Notes under the pieces: generated by a model | Database searches by the model: none | Seen by the model: the letters and a program-made list of their open reading frames with translations, nothing else | Told to the model about the DNA's origin: nothing | Shown here: positions 21,761-33,879 of the stretch, in pieces | Numbering within the stretch: position 1 is the stretch's first letter | Layout of the letters: each line of letters starts with the position of its first letter | Position numbers and translations under genes: made by a program | Source: Mobula hypostoma | Taxonomy: Eukaryota | Length of the DNA stretch: 64,000 bases | Direction of reading: 5' to 3' | Assembly (NCBI RefSeq): GCF_963921235.1 | Contig: NC_086108.1 | Span: 106,766,001 to 106,830,000, forward strand

Positions 21761-22509
21761 ACTTATGCCCAGCCCTCATTCTTTGCGATATCTACAGTGT
21801 CTCCATTACCTCTAAGCTTGCAAGAGCTCAGCTGCTGAACATAGACAAACTGAAACCAGCCTGTCTTCAATAGAAGTGCCATGCACAGAACGTTTACTTC
21901 ACCTTAGATAGCTTTTTGTACAATGGGTCCCATGGGCTGCTTCTCTGTCATCTCACAGAACATCGTGTAGCTGTCTACTACACTTTACCTTCCAGATACC
22001 TCACTGTACAGATTATGTGCTCTGCATTAACATAATTGTTTTGACTGCCCCTCTTCTGTTCAGGCAGGTCTGACAATCCTCTGTTGGATTCTGAAGTGAA
22101 ATTCAATGTGGTGGCTCTCTTAGGATTTCGGCAAGCTGGGTACTTATTCCCATGAAAAATCCCTGTTTTCATTTTGTTTTCTTTTCAGGAAAGGAAATAA
22201 AGAGCTCACAAAGTAGAAAATATGGTGCAAAGAAAAGAGCAAATGAATTCATTCTTCATTTAAGCGTGGGCAGGATGATGATTATTTTCACCAAAGGCTT
22301 TTTGTCTGTCTACATGAATGTTAAAAGATCTAGAGGAACACAGCAGGTCAGGCAGTATCTATGGAGGGGTATAAACAGTTTTTTGGACTGAAACCCTTCA
22401 TCGAGTCCTGTTTAGTTCCCTGCATTAATACTGCTTGACCTGCTAAGCTGCTCCAACACTTTTTGTGTATGTTGCTCCGGATTTCCAGCATTTAGAATCT
22501 TGTAGTATA

Positions 22510-22990
22510 GAGTCTCATTGACCATTCAGAAATCTGATGGTGGAGGGGAAGAAACTGTTCCTAGAATATTAAGTATGTGAATTCTGGCTCCTGTACCTCC
22601 TCCTTGATGGTAGCAGTGAGAAGAGTGTATGTCCTAGTGCTGGCTGGAGAGGGCAGAAAGTTGTAAACTCTTCTTTCTCCATCATGGGCACTAGGCTCTC
22701 CAATATCCAGGACATCTTCAAAAAATTATGCCTCAAAAAGGTGGCATTCATCAGTACAGACCCAGGACATGCCCTCTTCTCATTGCTACCGTCAGGAAGG
22801 AGGTACAGGAGCATAAATGCACGCACTCAATGATTCAGGAACAGCTTTATCCTCTTTCCCATCAGATTGAAACCATGAACACTGCCTCACCATTGTTTTT
22901 TTTCTCTTTTTGCACTATTTATTTAATTTAACTATATATATATATTTCACGGCATATGCCAGTGATGTTAAACCTGATTTTGACTCTGAT
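22510..22990. mobile_element. Rex1/Babar-like 3' ends arranged head-to-head
   Basis: ctcctgtacctcctccttgatggtagcagtgagaagag is reverse-complementary to ctcttctcattgctaccgtcaggaaggaggtacaggag. Confidence 0.65.
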
Positions 22991-23547
22991 TACTCTGTCA
23001 TTGCAATGTAAATACACGCTGGTATTTATGTGTTAATGCACATTTTAGTCCATATCTGGATTTCAGCCTCTAAATTTATTTCTTATATAATTTCCTATCC
23101 TTTATAATTTGTTGAAAGTTGTTTTTTTCTGTTGCATGCCAACCCCTGACCAACACACTGCACAAAATTCCTCTTGCATGTCATTATACACGGCAAATAA
23201 AGTTGATCCTTGATTCCATAGTGGTGTTTGGAAAGAGTAGAGGGAGGGAAGACATTAACAGATAGTTAAGAATCAAGGGAATACAGATTAAAAGTTTTGC
23301 TGAAAAATACAAGGAGACACAAGGAGCAACTTTGAAGAACTCTACAACACATGTTCTTGATACTTATTGTTTAGTTGTTTATCAATAATTTTTCTTTTTG
23401 TATTTGCTCAGTTAGTTGTCTTTTGTACATTGGTCCATCTCTATCATGCATTTTTTTGTTGATTTTATTGTGTTTCTTGGTATTTATTGTGAATGCCCAC
23501 AAAGACTGTGAATCTCAGGGCAGTATATGGTAACTTATATGTACATA

Positions 23548-23850
23548 CTGCCCATTATGCTGCCAATGTTTAGGGCAGCAATGAAGGTCCTCCATCTCTG
23601 TCTGTATAGAAGGATTCTTCATTGCTGATTCCATGACAACTGTTTTTTCACTAGCCAGAGTTGTTAGTCCTGAGCTGAACACCCAAACCTGGAGGGCCAG
23701 TGGACCACTCTTAGTCTGTCCTCTACCCTTTGACCTGTTTGGCATGGGTGACCCTATCAAAAGCCAAAGCACAAGGCCCTGACTCCAGCCACCATAGTTC
23801 TCCAAGTCATTGAGGCATGCAAGTCTCCAAGCCCTATGACATGGTTGTGA
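23548..23850 (-). mobile_element. Bipartite RTE-derived non-autonomous element (5' UTR fused to 3' tail)
   Basis: Minus strand: RTE-like 5' module, then acagagatggaggaccttcattgctgccctaaac, an RTE-type 3' end. Confidence 0.55.
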
Positions 23851-24199
23851 ACGTCTTGGAGGGACATATATATAGTTTAATAATAAAATTACTTCAAACT
23901 TTGAACTTTGAATGTACAGTAATATTCAGAATTCTGTGCTAGTGGAAGTGATAGGACCTTCAACTGGATAGACTGAAATTAATCTGAGGAGATATGGGAA
24001 TGAGTGGAAAATTGGACTTCATGATCTGAATATGCTTTTCCTCTATCCTAAGAGTTCTAAATTCATTAGTCACTGACGGTTCCTTTTCATCTTATTTATT
24101 CCATTGAAACCTGTTTATCATTCAAAACATATCTACTAAATTTTCCCTTCATTTTCCCTACTCCAACAGCTTCCTATCTCTACAATCTGAGAAGCCTAT

Positions 24200-24850
24200 A
24201 AGATATTGAAGCAGAATTAGGCCATTCGGCCCATCAAGTCTGTTCCACCATTCTCTTATGGCTGATCTATTACCCATCTGAACCCTATTCTCTTGCCTTC
24301 TCTCTGAAACCTCTGATGCCATCACTAATCAAGAACCCATCAAGCTCTGCTTTAAATACACCCAACGACTTGGCCTCCACAGCGGACTGTGGCAATGAAT
24401 TCCACACATTCACCACCCATTGGTGAAACAAATTCCTCCTCACCTCTGTTCTAAAGGGATGAGATGTTTCTCAGGGCTGTAATTGGTGACACACACACAT
24501 ACTTTGACAATAAATTTACTTTGTACTTTCAACTTTATTCTGAGGCTGTGCTATTTGGTCCTAGTCTCCCCCACCATAAAAAAAATCATCCTCTCCATGT
24601 TCACTCTGTCTCTATCAACACCTTTCCAAATTCAATTTGAAATCAAAGTGATCCACCCCCAGTTCTTCTAAACTCCAAGCAGAATAGGCCCAGAGCAATC
24701 AAACACACCTCATACAATAACACTTGAATTCCAAAGATCATTCTTGTGAACCTCCTCCGGACCTTCTACAATGCTAGCACATTCTTCCAGAGACAAGAGG
24801 CCCAAAACAGCTGACAATACCCCAAGTGTGGTCTCACCAATACCTTATAA
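24200..24850 (-). mobile_element. Old CR1 3' fragment (interrupted)
   Basis: Antisense CR1 3' UTR and C-terminal motifs similar to 1477-2002. Confidence 0.7.
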
Positions 24851-25558
24851 AGACTCTGTTTATGCAGTGCTCAGGATACAAAAGGCATACTTCAAAAATT
24901 GTAAGTGATCAGATAATCAGCACTATTTCAACAGCACTGTTACTCCAATGGTGATTTGGCATCGGATCCTGCCTTCATACAATGCAGACAGAAATTTCTT
25001 TGTCCATTGTTCCTCAGCCATCTCTTAGAAACAGCTAGCTAATTACTCCTCTCTATAACTTCCTCAATTTGCATTGTTCTTCTTTATAATGAGCTGACCC
25101 TCTTCCAAACTTGCTTAAAAAAATTTGCTCAATTTAAATAAACACTGCAACATTTCACAATCTCTCACAGCTGGCTGCCACTTAGATTGTTTTAACAATG
25201 AATATCAATGTTAAAAATAAGGTTCGATTCGTAAAGTAATCCGATTCTTCAGCAATGTGACAGACCATATAATGAGCCCTGAAATAATAATGATTCCTTC
25301 CCTATAATTCCATTAAGTTTGATAACAAATTTTGAGATTGGACTCGACTGATTTAGCAGAACAAATTTGCTCTGCTAATTTCCGCCTGGTGATGGTTACC
25401 TTCACCCACCAAGGGAATAACAAGTCAGTTCAGAAAGATTACTCCATTTCTTTCTCAGCCTAGAGGCTGGTGAATTTGTCTCTTTATTGTCGCTTCCCCA
25501 CTTCCATAAACAGTGACAAATTCATAAACCATAGGACAAAGAGCTTCAAATATAAACA

Positions 25559-26012
25559 TACACACAGTGACTACTTTATTAGGTATCTCCTGTACATAAT
25601 AAAGTATCCACTGAGTGTATGTTCATGGTCTTCTGCTGCGGTAGTCCATCCTCTTCAAGGTTCAATGTATTGTGTGCTCAGAAATGCTCCACTGCACACC
25701 AATGTTGGAGTTCATGGTTAATTGAGTTACTGTCACCTTGAACCAGTCTGGCCGTTCTCCTCTGACCTCTCTCATTAACGAGGTGTATTTGCCCACAGAA
25801 CTGCTGCTCACTGGATGCTTGTTGTTTTTTGCACCATTATCTTTAACAGAATGTTGTCTGTGAAAATCTGAGGAGATCAGCAGTTTCTGAGATACCTAAA
25901 CCACCCCGTCTGCTACCAACAATAATTCCACAGTCAAAGTCACTTAGATCACATTTCTTCCCCATTCTGATGTTTGGTCTGAACAGCGACCAAACCTTTT
26001 AACAACGTCTGT
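25559..26012 (-). mobile_element. Tc1-like remnant ending in a back-to-back TIR hairpin
   Basis: Antisense homolog of 13147-13664; TIR hairpin 25559-25619 bounded by TA. Confidence 0.75.
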
Positions 26013-26074
26013 CCCTGAACTTGGTAAGTGTGTGTTTTCAAGGTTTTACATTTAGGGAGGGAGAACAGAGAATC

Positions 26075-26850
26075 AAAGTTCAAAGTAAACTTAGTATCAA
26101 AGGAAGAGGTACAGTCGATGTTTCAGGCCGAGACCCTTCGTCAGGACTGAAACGTCGACTGTACCTCTTCCTTGAGATGCTGCCTGGCCTGCTGCGTTCA
26201 CTAGCAACTTTGATGTGTGTTGCTTGAATTTCCAGCATCTGCAGAATTCCTGTTGTTTTAGTATCAAAGTACATGATTGTCACTATGTACTACCCAGAGA
26301 TTCATTTCCTTGTGGGCATTCTCAGTAACTACAAAGAAACACAATAGAATCAATGAAAAACTACGCACAAAGATGGAAAAACAACCAATGTGCAAAGGAA
26401 GACAAATTTTGCAAATGCAAAAAAGAAAGATAGCAGAAAATGAGTAAATGTATAAATATTAAGAACATGATTTGTAGGGCATTGAAAGTGAAATTCCATA
26501 GGTTGTGGAATCAGTTCAGTGTTGGGGTAAGTGAAGTTATCCATGCTGGTTCAGGGGTCTGATGACTGAGGGGTAATAACTGTTCCTGAACCTGGTGGTG
26601 TGGGACCTAAGTCTCCTGTACCTCCATCCCAATGGCAGCAGAGTGATAGAAGCATGGCCTCGGTGGTGGGGGTCCTTGATGATAGATGGCTGCTTCCCTG
26701 CAACAGCACTCCGTATAGGTGTGTTCAATGGTGGGGAGGGCTTTACCTGTGATGGACTGGGCCAACTCCACTACTTTTTGTGGTTTTTTCATTCTTGAGC
26801 ATTGGTGTTTCCATATCAGACCATGATGTCAGTATACTCTCCACTGTGCA
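26075..26850 (-). mobile_element. Old Rex1/Babar-like LINE 3' fragment (host of the mini-PLE)
   Basis: SIIKDPHHRGHASITLLPLGWRYRRLRSHTTRFRNSYYPSVIR and (ttcaaag)-type tail. Confidence 0.7.
26101..26257. mobile_element. Miniature foldback PLE terminus with 12-bp TSD
   Basis: TSD TTAGTATCAAAG at 26091-26102 and 26258-26269; arms 26101-26126 and 26147-26172; minus-strand hammerhead-like motif 26113-26148. Confidence 0.88.
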
Positions 26851-27429
26851 TCAATAGAGGTGGGAGGGAATATGTTGGCAGCTTTCCCAAGGCAGCAGGA
26901 GGCATAGGCAGTGAAGGGAGGACTAGTTTGTATGACGGACACTGCTGCATTCGTAACTCTCTGCAATTTCTTGGGAAGGGCGGCTGCCCTACCATGCCTT
27001 GATAGATCAAAATAGGATGCTTTCTGAGGTCCATCTGTAAGTATTGGTGAAAGTTATTGGGTAGCTTTGAACGGGAAAAAAAACTACAAAAATTAGTGGA
27101 TGCAGCCCAGTTCAACACAGATAAAGCCCTCCCCACCGTGGTGCGCTATTGCAGGAAAGCAGAATCCTTTATTAAAAGACACCCAGCACTAAGGTCATGC
27201 TCTTTTCTCTCTGCTGCCATTAAGAAGGAGGTTAAGGAGCCTCAGGATCTACACCAAAAGGTTTAAGAACGGTTATTATCCCTCAACCATCAGGCTCTTG
27301 AACCAGCGGGGATAACTTCACCCATTTTCACTCACCCCAACATTGAAATGTTCCCACAATCTATGGACTCATTTTCAAGAACTCTTCATCTCATAGAACC
27401 ATAGAACACTACAGCACAGAGAACTCCAA

Positions 27430-29904
27430 AGTTGGACAGGAAAGGGTTGATAGGACCTTTTGGATTAGGAGAGAAAAATGAAAATGGAGAAAGGTTTACT
27501 GATTGGTGTGTCAGAAACAACCAAGTGATCACCAATACTTGGTATAACAACCATCCACGTAGATTGTGTACTTTGATTAGCCCTGGAGATAGAACAAGCA
27601 ATCAAATAGATTTCATTACCATCAATGAACATTTTAGAAATAATACCACAAATTCTAAAGCCTACCCAGGAGCAGGCGGTGGTTCAAATCACCATCCAGT
27701 AATAGCTACTATCAAAACAAAATCCAAGAAACTGAAACATGGAAAAAAGGGAAAGAAGTATATGTTGGGAGAACTTAAAAAAGATAGCATACTTACGCAA
27801 CAATTCAAAACAGCTGTAGAAGAACACCTCAATGAAAACAAAACAACACCTATTTGGAACAGATTTAAATATGCTATACAGTAATCAGCAGAGGAGATAA
27901 TCCCAGTACAAGAAATCCAATACACCTACAAGGGGTGGATAACCAAAAAAATTCTAGATCTGATGGAACAAAGAAGGTTAGTGAAGAATAATGAAGTGCG
28001 ATACAGAGAGCTAGACAGACGGACCAGACAATTGTGCAATATTGCAAAGGAAGAATGGCTGAATCAAAAATGCAATGAAATAGAAGGCCATATTAGCCAT
28101 AATGAAAGGCCATAATGAAATAGAAGGCCATAATGAAATAAGGCCATAATGAAATAGAAGGCCATAATGAAATAGAAGGCCATATTAACAACAGCAAAGA
28201 AATGCACAAGAAAATTAAGGAAATTACTGGAATTAAGAAAACCTCCTCTACAGGTTGCATAAGATCAGCAGACGGATCCATACTAACAGATCCAGATAAA
28301 GTATGTGAGAGGTGGATTCAGTATATAGAGCAACTGTTGAGGATAATAGAGGGGAACCCCCAGACATTAAACACCCTAATTCTGGCCCACCTATTATCAA
28401 AGAAGAAATAACTAAAGCAATGAAAAGCATGAAACATGGTAAAGCCACTGGACCTGATGAAATTTCAGTGGAAATGATACAAGCCCTAGAAGATCTGGGC
28501 ATAGATATTCTTTTTGAACTGTTTAAAGGCATATATGAGTCTGGTGTATTGCCTGACAATCTCTTGAAATCAGTATTTATAACTCTGCCAAAAAATCCTG
28601 GAACTCTTGATTGTGAAAATTATAGAACAATCAGTCTTATGAGTCACATAATAAAGATTTTGTTGAGAGTTGTTCTGAGTCAAATTAAAAACAAGTTAAG
28701 ACCAGAAAATTCTCAACTGCAATAAGTGTTTATTGAGGATAGAGGAAATAGGAACGCAATTTTCATACTACGAATGCTTTCAGAAAGGGCAATTGAATAT
28801 CAAAATGATGTCTTTTTATGTTTTATTGATTTCACTAAAGCATTCGACAAAGTGCAACATGAAAAATTATTTCAAATTCTCGCTAAATTAAACATTGACG
28901 GAACAGACCAACAACTGCTTCAAAATTTATATTGGAATCAAATGGCAGCGGTAAAAATTGATGATAATATAAGCAGTTGGACTAAAATTCAAAGAGGAGT
29001 TAGACAGGGATGCGTTGCCTCACCGGAATTATTTAATATCTATAGTGAAATGATTCTCAGAGAAATAGAAGACCTAGATGGGATAAAAATTGGAGGTGTT
29101 AACATCAACAATATATGATATGCAGACGATACCACCCTAATAACAAGTGCTGCAGAAGACCTACAAATCCTCCTAGACAAAGTAGTGCAAACAAGTGCAG
29201 ATTTTGGTTTAACCATCAACTGTAAAAAAATCCAAATGTGTGGTAATATCAAAACAGTAGGATATTCCCAACTGCCAATTGTATATTGGTAACCAAGAGA
29301 TTGAACAAAAGACCAGCTTTAATTACCTTGGTAGTTTTATATCACAAGATGCTAGAAGTAAAGTAGAAATAAAAAGAAGAGTTGCCATTGCCAAAACCAA
29401 CTTCCAATAAATGAAATCCATTTTTACCAACAGACACATATCTATAACAACAAGGCTTGGGCTACTAAAATGTTACATATGGTCAATCTCGCTGTATGCT
29501 TCCGAAACATGGACTATAACACCAAAACTCCAAGGAAACTTAGAAGCAACAGAAATGTGGTTTCTCAGAAGAATGCTGAAAATGTCATATAGAGGTAGGG
29601 TAACTAATGAGACAGTACTCCAACGTGCCCATACAAAAAGATCTTTAATGATTACATTAAATGAGAGGAAACCTAAATTCCTGGGCCATGTCATCAGAAA
29701 GGGAGAAATAGAATGCCTCACATTACAAGGCCGTATGTCTGGGAAATGCAGAAGAGGAAGGCAAAGAAGAAAATATATGGACACTGTGAAAGAACTAACA
29801 GATCTAAGTGTGCGAGATATCATTGACGCTGCGAGGGATCATTCAATGTGGAGAGCCATGATCGCCCAAGTTTGTAACACGCAAGGCACATGAAGAAGAA
29901 GAAG
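27430..29904 (+). mobile_element. Second RTE-clade LINE, 5'-truncated and decayed
   Basis: EN half (FGLGEKNENGERF, NQIDFI), RT (ATGPDEI, NYRTISL, FIDFTKAFDKV, RGVRQGC, YADD), C-terminus 29411-29893, (GAA)n tail. Confidence 0.92.
28074..28187 (+). repeat. Tandem expansion of an 18-bp unit AATGAAATAGAAGGCCAT inside the RTE
   Basis: About six complete or deleted copies head-to-tail. Confidence 0.9.
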
Positions 29905-30131
29905 TTTTGTAAATGCACCTTATGCTAAATATTAATCTTCTTGAGTCTATTTAATTACTTGTGAATTTATTTGTGGTAATATTACTTTATGCATTGTGTT
30001 TGATTTATTTGTACTTTGTTGTGCACATTGGTATGCAAAAACATTGTTTCCAGTATACATGTATACTGCTGAATGACATTAAACCTGAATCTGAATAAAA
30101 TCAGCCATGATCAAATGACAGAGCAGACTCA

Positions 30132-30865
30132 TAGAATATAGAACATAGAAATCCACAGGACCTTCGACCCACAATGTTGTGCCAACTATGTAACCTACTA
30201 TAGAAACTGCCTAGAATTTCCTCATAGCCCTCTATTTTCCAAGGCTACATGTATGGAACTAAGAGTCTCTTAAAAGACCCTGTTGTATTGGTCTTCATCA
30301 CCTTTGCTGGCCGTGCATTCCACACACCTACCACTCTCTGTGCAAAAAACTTATCTCTGACATCCCCTCGATACCTACTTCTAAGCACCTTCAAACAGTG
30401 CCCTCTCGTGATAGCCACATCAGCCCTGGGAAAAAGCCTCTGGCTATCCACACGATCAATGCCTCTCAACATCTTATACACCTCTATCAGGTCATCTCTC
30501 ATCCTCCGTTGACCCAAGGCGAAAAGGCCATGTTCACTCAACCTATTCTCATAACGCACACTCTCCAATTCAGGCAACAACCTTGTAAATCTCCTCTGCA
30601 ACCTTTCCATAGTATCTACATCCTTCCTGTAGTTAGTTGACCAGAACTGAACACAGTACTCCAGATGGGATCTTATATAGCTGAAATGTTACCTCATGGC
30701 TCTTGAACTCAATCCCATGGGTGATGAATGCCAACATTCTTAATAACACTGTCAACCTGTGCAGCAGCTTTGACTGTCCTATTGACACAGACCCCAAGAT
30801 CTCTTTGATTCTCCACACTGCCAAGTGTCTTATCTTTAATACTATATTACTATATTCTGCCTTCA
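30132..30865 (-). mobile_element. CR1 3' fragment
   Basis: ORF 30245..30610 (LQRRFTRLLP, FFAQRVVGVWNA). Confidence 0.85.
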
Positions 30866-31274
30866 AAACTTGATAGGCTGAATGCCTAGTTGTGCTCTAG
30901 TGTCTTATGTTCTGATAACTCAATGACTCATACCAGCTGAGCCATGACTAATCTCAAACAGATGCCCAGGATATAACAATTTCCAAATTTGAGGGGTGAT
31001 TACATTGAATCAGCCAATGCAAAGCATATTCAGATCAACATGACCAGATATCTGTCAGGAACTGCACAAGCATATAAATCTTTTCTGCCAATTAATTGAT
31101 AAGGAGACCAGGCAGCAAAGGCACAGACTCACAAATATTTATTAGTCTTTGAACTGTGGTTGGCAGCACTTAAAGTTTAGGTGTACAGGTAATGAGGAGA
31201 ACAGATAAAACTGATAAAATGTGTTACAGATATCAGAATCAGAATCTGGTTTACTATTACTGATATATTGTGTG

Positions 31275-31640
31275 TTGAAAGGCTTCAATAGAGTGGAGGT
31301 GGAGAGGATGTTTCCTCTGGTGGGTGAGTCCAACACCAGAGGACACAGCCACAGAAAAGAGGGGTGTCCTTTTAGAACGGAGATGAGGAATTATTTTAGC
31401 AGGAGAGTGGTGAATCTGTGGAATTCTTTGCCACAGGCAGCTGTGGAGGCAAGTCCTTATATGTATTTAAGGCAGAGGTTGGTAGGTTCTTAATTATTTA
31501 GGACATAAGAAGATAAGATTAGAAGGCAAGAAATTCAGGCTGAGAGGGAAAAAAAAGATCAGCCATGATGAAATGGTGGAGCATACTCCATGGGCCAATG
31601 GCTTAATTATGTCCCTATATCTTATGGTCATATGGTCTTA
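31275..31640 (+). mobile_element. CR1 3' fragment
   Basis: RMFPLVGESNTRGHS, RRVVNLWNSLPQAAVEA; (cttatgg)n tail. Confidence 0.8.
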
Positions 31641-31644
31641 TGTT

Positions 31645-32555
31645 TCATGAAATACAGTGCAATGCATAAAATATACTATAAATTACAAATACAGAATATA
31701 TATTTTAAAGTGAATAAATTGTGCAAAAAGAGTAAAACATGAAGTAGCTTTCACGAGCTCGTTAACTGTTCAGGAATCTGATGGCAGGGGGAAGAGGCTG
31801 TTCCTAAGATGTTATGTGTGCACCTTGGGGCTCCTGTATCTTCTCCTTGATGGACTTGAGGGCATGCCTTGGGTGAAGGGAGCCCTTATTGATGGATGCT
31901 GCCTTTCTGACGTATTGCCTTTCGAAGATGTCCTCGATGCCATGGAGTTTAGTGCCCATGATGGAGATGCTGAGTTTGCAATCCCCTGCAGATTTCTCCA
32001 GTCGTATGCAGTGATCCTTCCATACCCATCAGTGATGCAAATACAAATGTTTGTAATTAGAATGATTTCCACAGTATATCCATAGGAATTTGCCACAGTC
32101 TTTGGTGACATACTAAATCTCCTCAAACTCCTAATGAAGTATAGCCACTGGCGTGCATTCTTCGCAACTACATCAATATGTTGGGCCGAAGATAGACCCT
32201 CTGAGATGTTGATACCCAGGGACATGAAGCTGCTCATCCTTTCTACTGTTGACCCCTCAATGAGGACTAGTATGTGTTCTCCTATCATCCCCTTCCTGAA
32301 GTGCAAAATCAGTTCTTAGGTCTTATTGATGTTGAGAGCAAGGTTGTTGTGACACCACTCAGATGGCTGATCTACCTCACTCTTGTACATTTCCTCATCA
32401 CAATCTGAGATTCTACCATCAAATGTTGTATCCTAGGCAGATTTAGAAATGGTGTTTGAGCTGTGCCTATACACAGTCTTGAATTATCAGAGAGTTGAAC
32501 AGTGGACGAAGTGTCCTGTGATGATTGTCAGTGAGGAGAAGATGCTAGTTCTGAT
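31645..32555 (-). mobile_element. Old Rex1/Babar-like LINE fragment
   Basis: ORF 31812..32306 remnant (LGINISEGL, ARQWLYFIRSLRRF). Confidence 0.7.
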
Positions 32556-33879
32556 ATCATGGATTAAACTACTTGGTCTGAATTTGGATTATATTTTGCC
32601 TACAAACTGAATGAACCAGGAGAATACCAACTATATTATGCCTTTTTATTGTATATAAATTTGTTGAATTCATTTCTGAGTACTTCTGTAATAACTTTTA
32701 ATTATGTTAAGTAATATTATATATTAGTCACATCAAGTGTCAAATACATGGCACAATGCAGTGTTAATTAGTGGATTATATGAAATTTCTGAACAAAGTG
32801 TGCAGGAATATTAAAAATTATAATTGTACTCTTGGTGATTGTATTTAGCACACAAAGCAGAAAGTCCAGATTATTCAGAATAATCTCATTATTTCAATTA
32901 TTATAATATTTTTATTGTAATTAACTTAAAGTGTGATGGTGTGGTTAAAATGTCTCCTTGCAATGTAAGTGTAACATTTCATTTTATTAAGTATGTCATA
33001 ATATTGTATTTATTATTCAATTATGGAATATCTATCCCACTGCAAAACAAAGAAATATAGAATTTATTTTCAAAGTCAAAGTAAATTTATTATCAAAGTA
33101 CGTATATCCTTGGGATTCATTTTCCTGTGAGCATTTAGAGGTAAATAAAGAAATGCAATAGAATTCAAAAGCTCTGCATAAACTTTGATAAACAATCAAT
33201 GTGGAAAGGGATTACAAATAAATAATACCAAGAACATGGATTATGGAGTCCCTAAGACCAGAAAGCTAAAAGACAGAACAGAATTAGACTATTCAGCCCA
33301 TCAACCCACCGATTTAACACTAGCCTAATCACAGACCAATTAACCTACTAACCAGTATGTCTTTGGACTGTGGACGATATATACCAAATGACTTGCCACC
33401 ATCAGCCATCTATGGCAATGTCTTCCACAGATTCACCAGCATCTGGCTAAAGAAATTCCTCATCTTGAAAGTGAGTCCATCCCTAACTACCCTTGGGAAG
33501 TTGGTAATGAGCTGTCATCTTGTCCATCTAGTGAAGGTACTCCCAAAGACAGATCCACGATTCAGATCCAGTGACAATGATAGACCAACAATATATTTCC
33601 AAGTTAAGATGGTGTGTGACTTTGGGAGGAACATAAAGGTGTTGCATCACCATGTACCTGAAGTTCAAGTTGAAGGTTATTGCCATTTTTTCCTCAATGG
33701 GCAGCAATCAGCACAAGAGGTCCTTCGTTGGAGATCCAGCAAGAGGTTTAAAAAGAGCTCGAGTAATTTTCAGTTTTATTTTCTCTGCAGGCAGCAAAGC
33801 AATCAGTGCAGGATCAACAAAAAGAAAAGAGGTGTTAGTGGAGTAAAAGAGAGGACCTATAATACAGCAAAATTACTGG

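Noticed and set aside
28074..28187. CRISPR-like array
   Set aside because: The repeats are contiguous with no unique spacers, derive from RTE coding sequence, lie in a eukaryotic context and have no cas genes nearby
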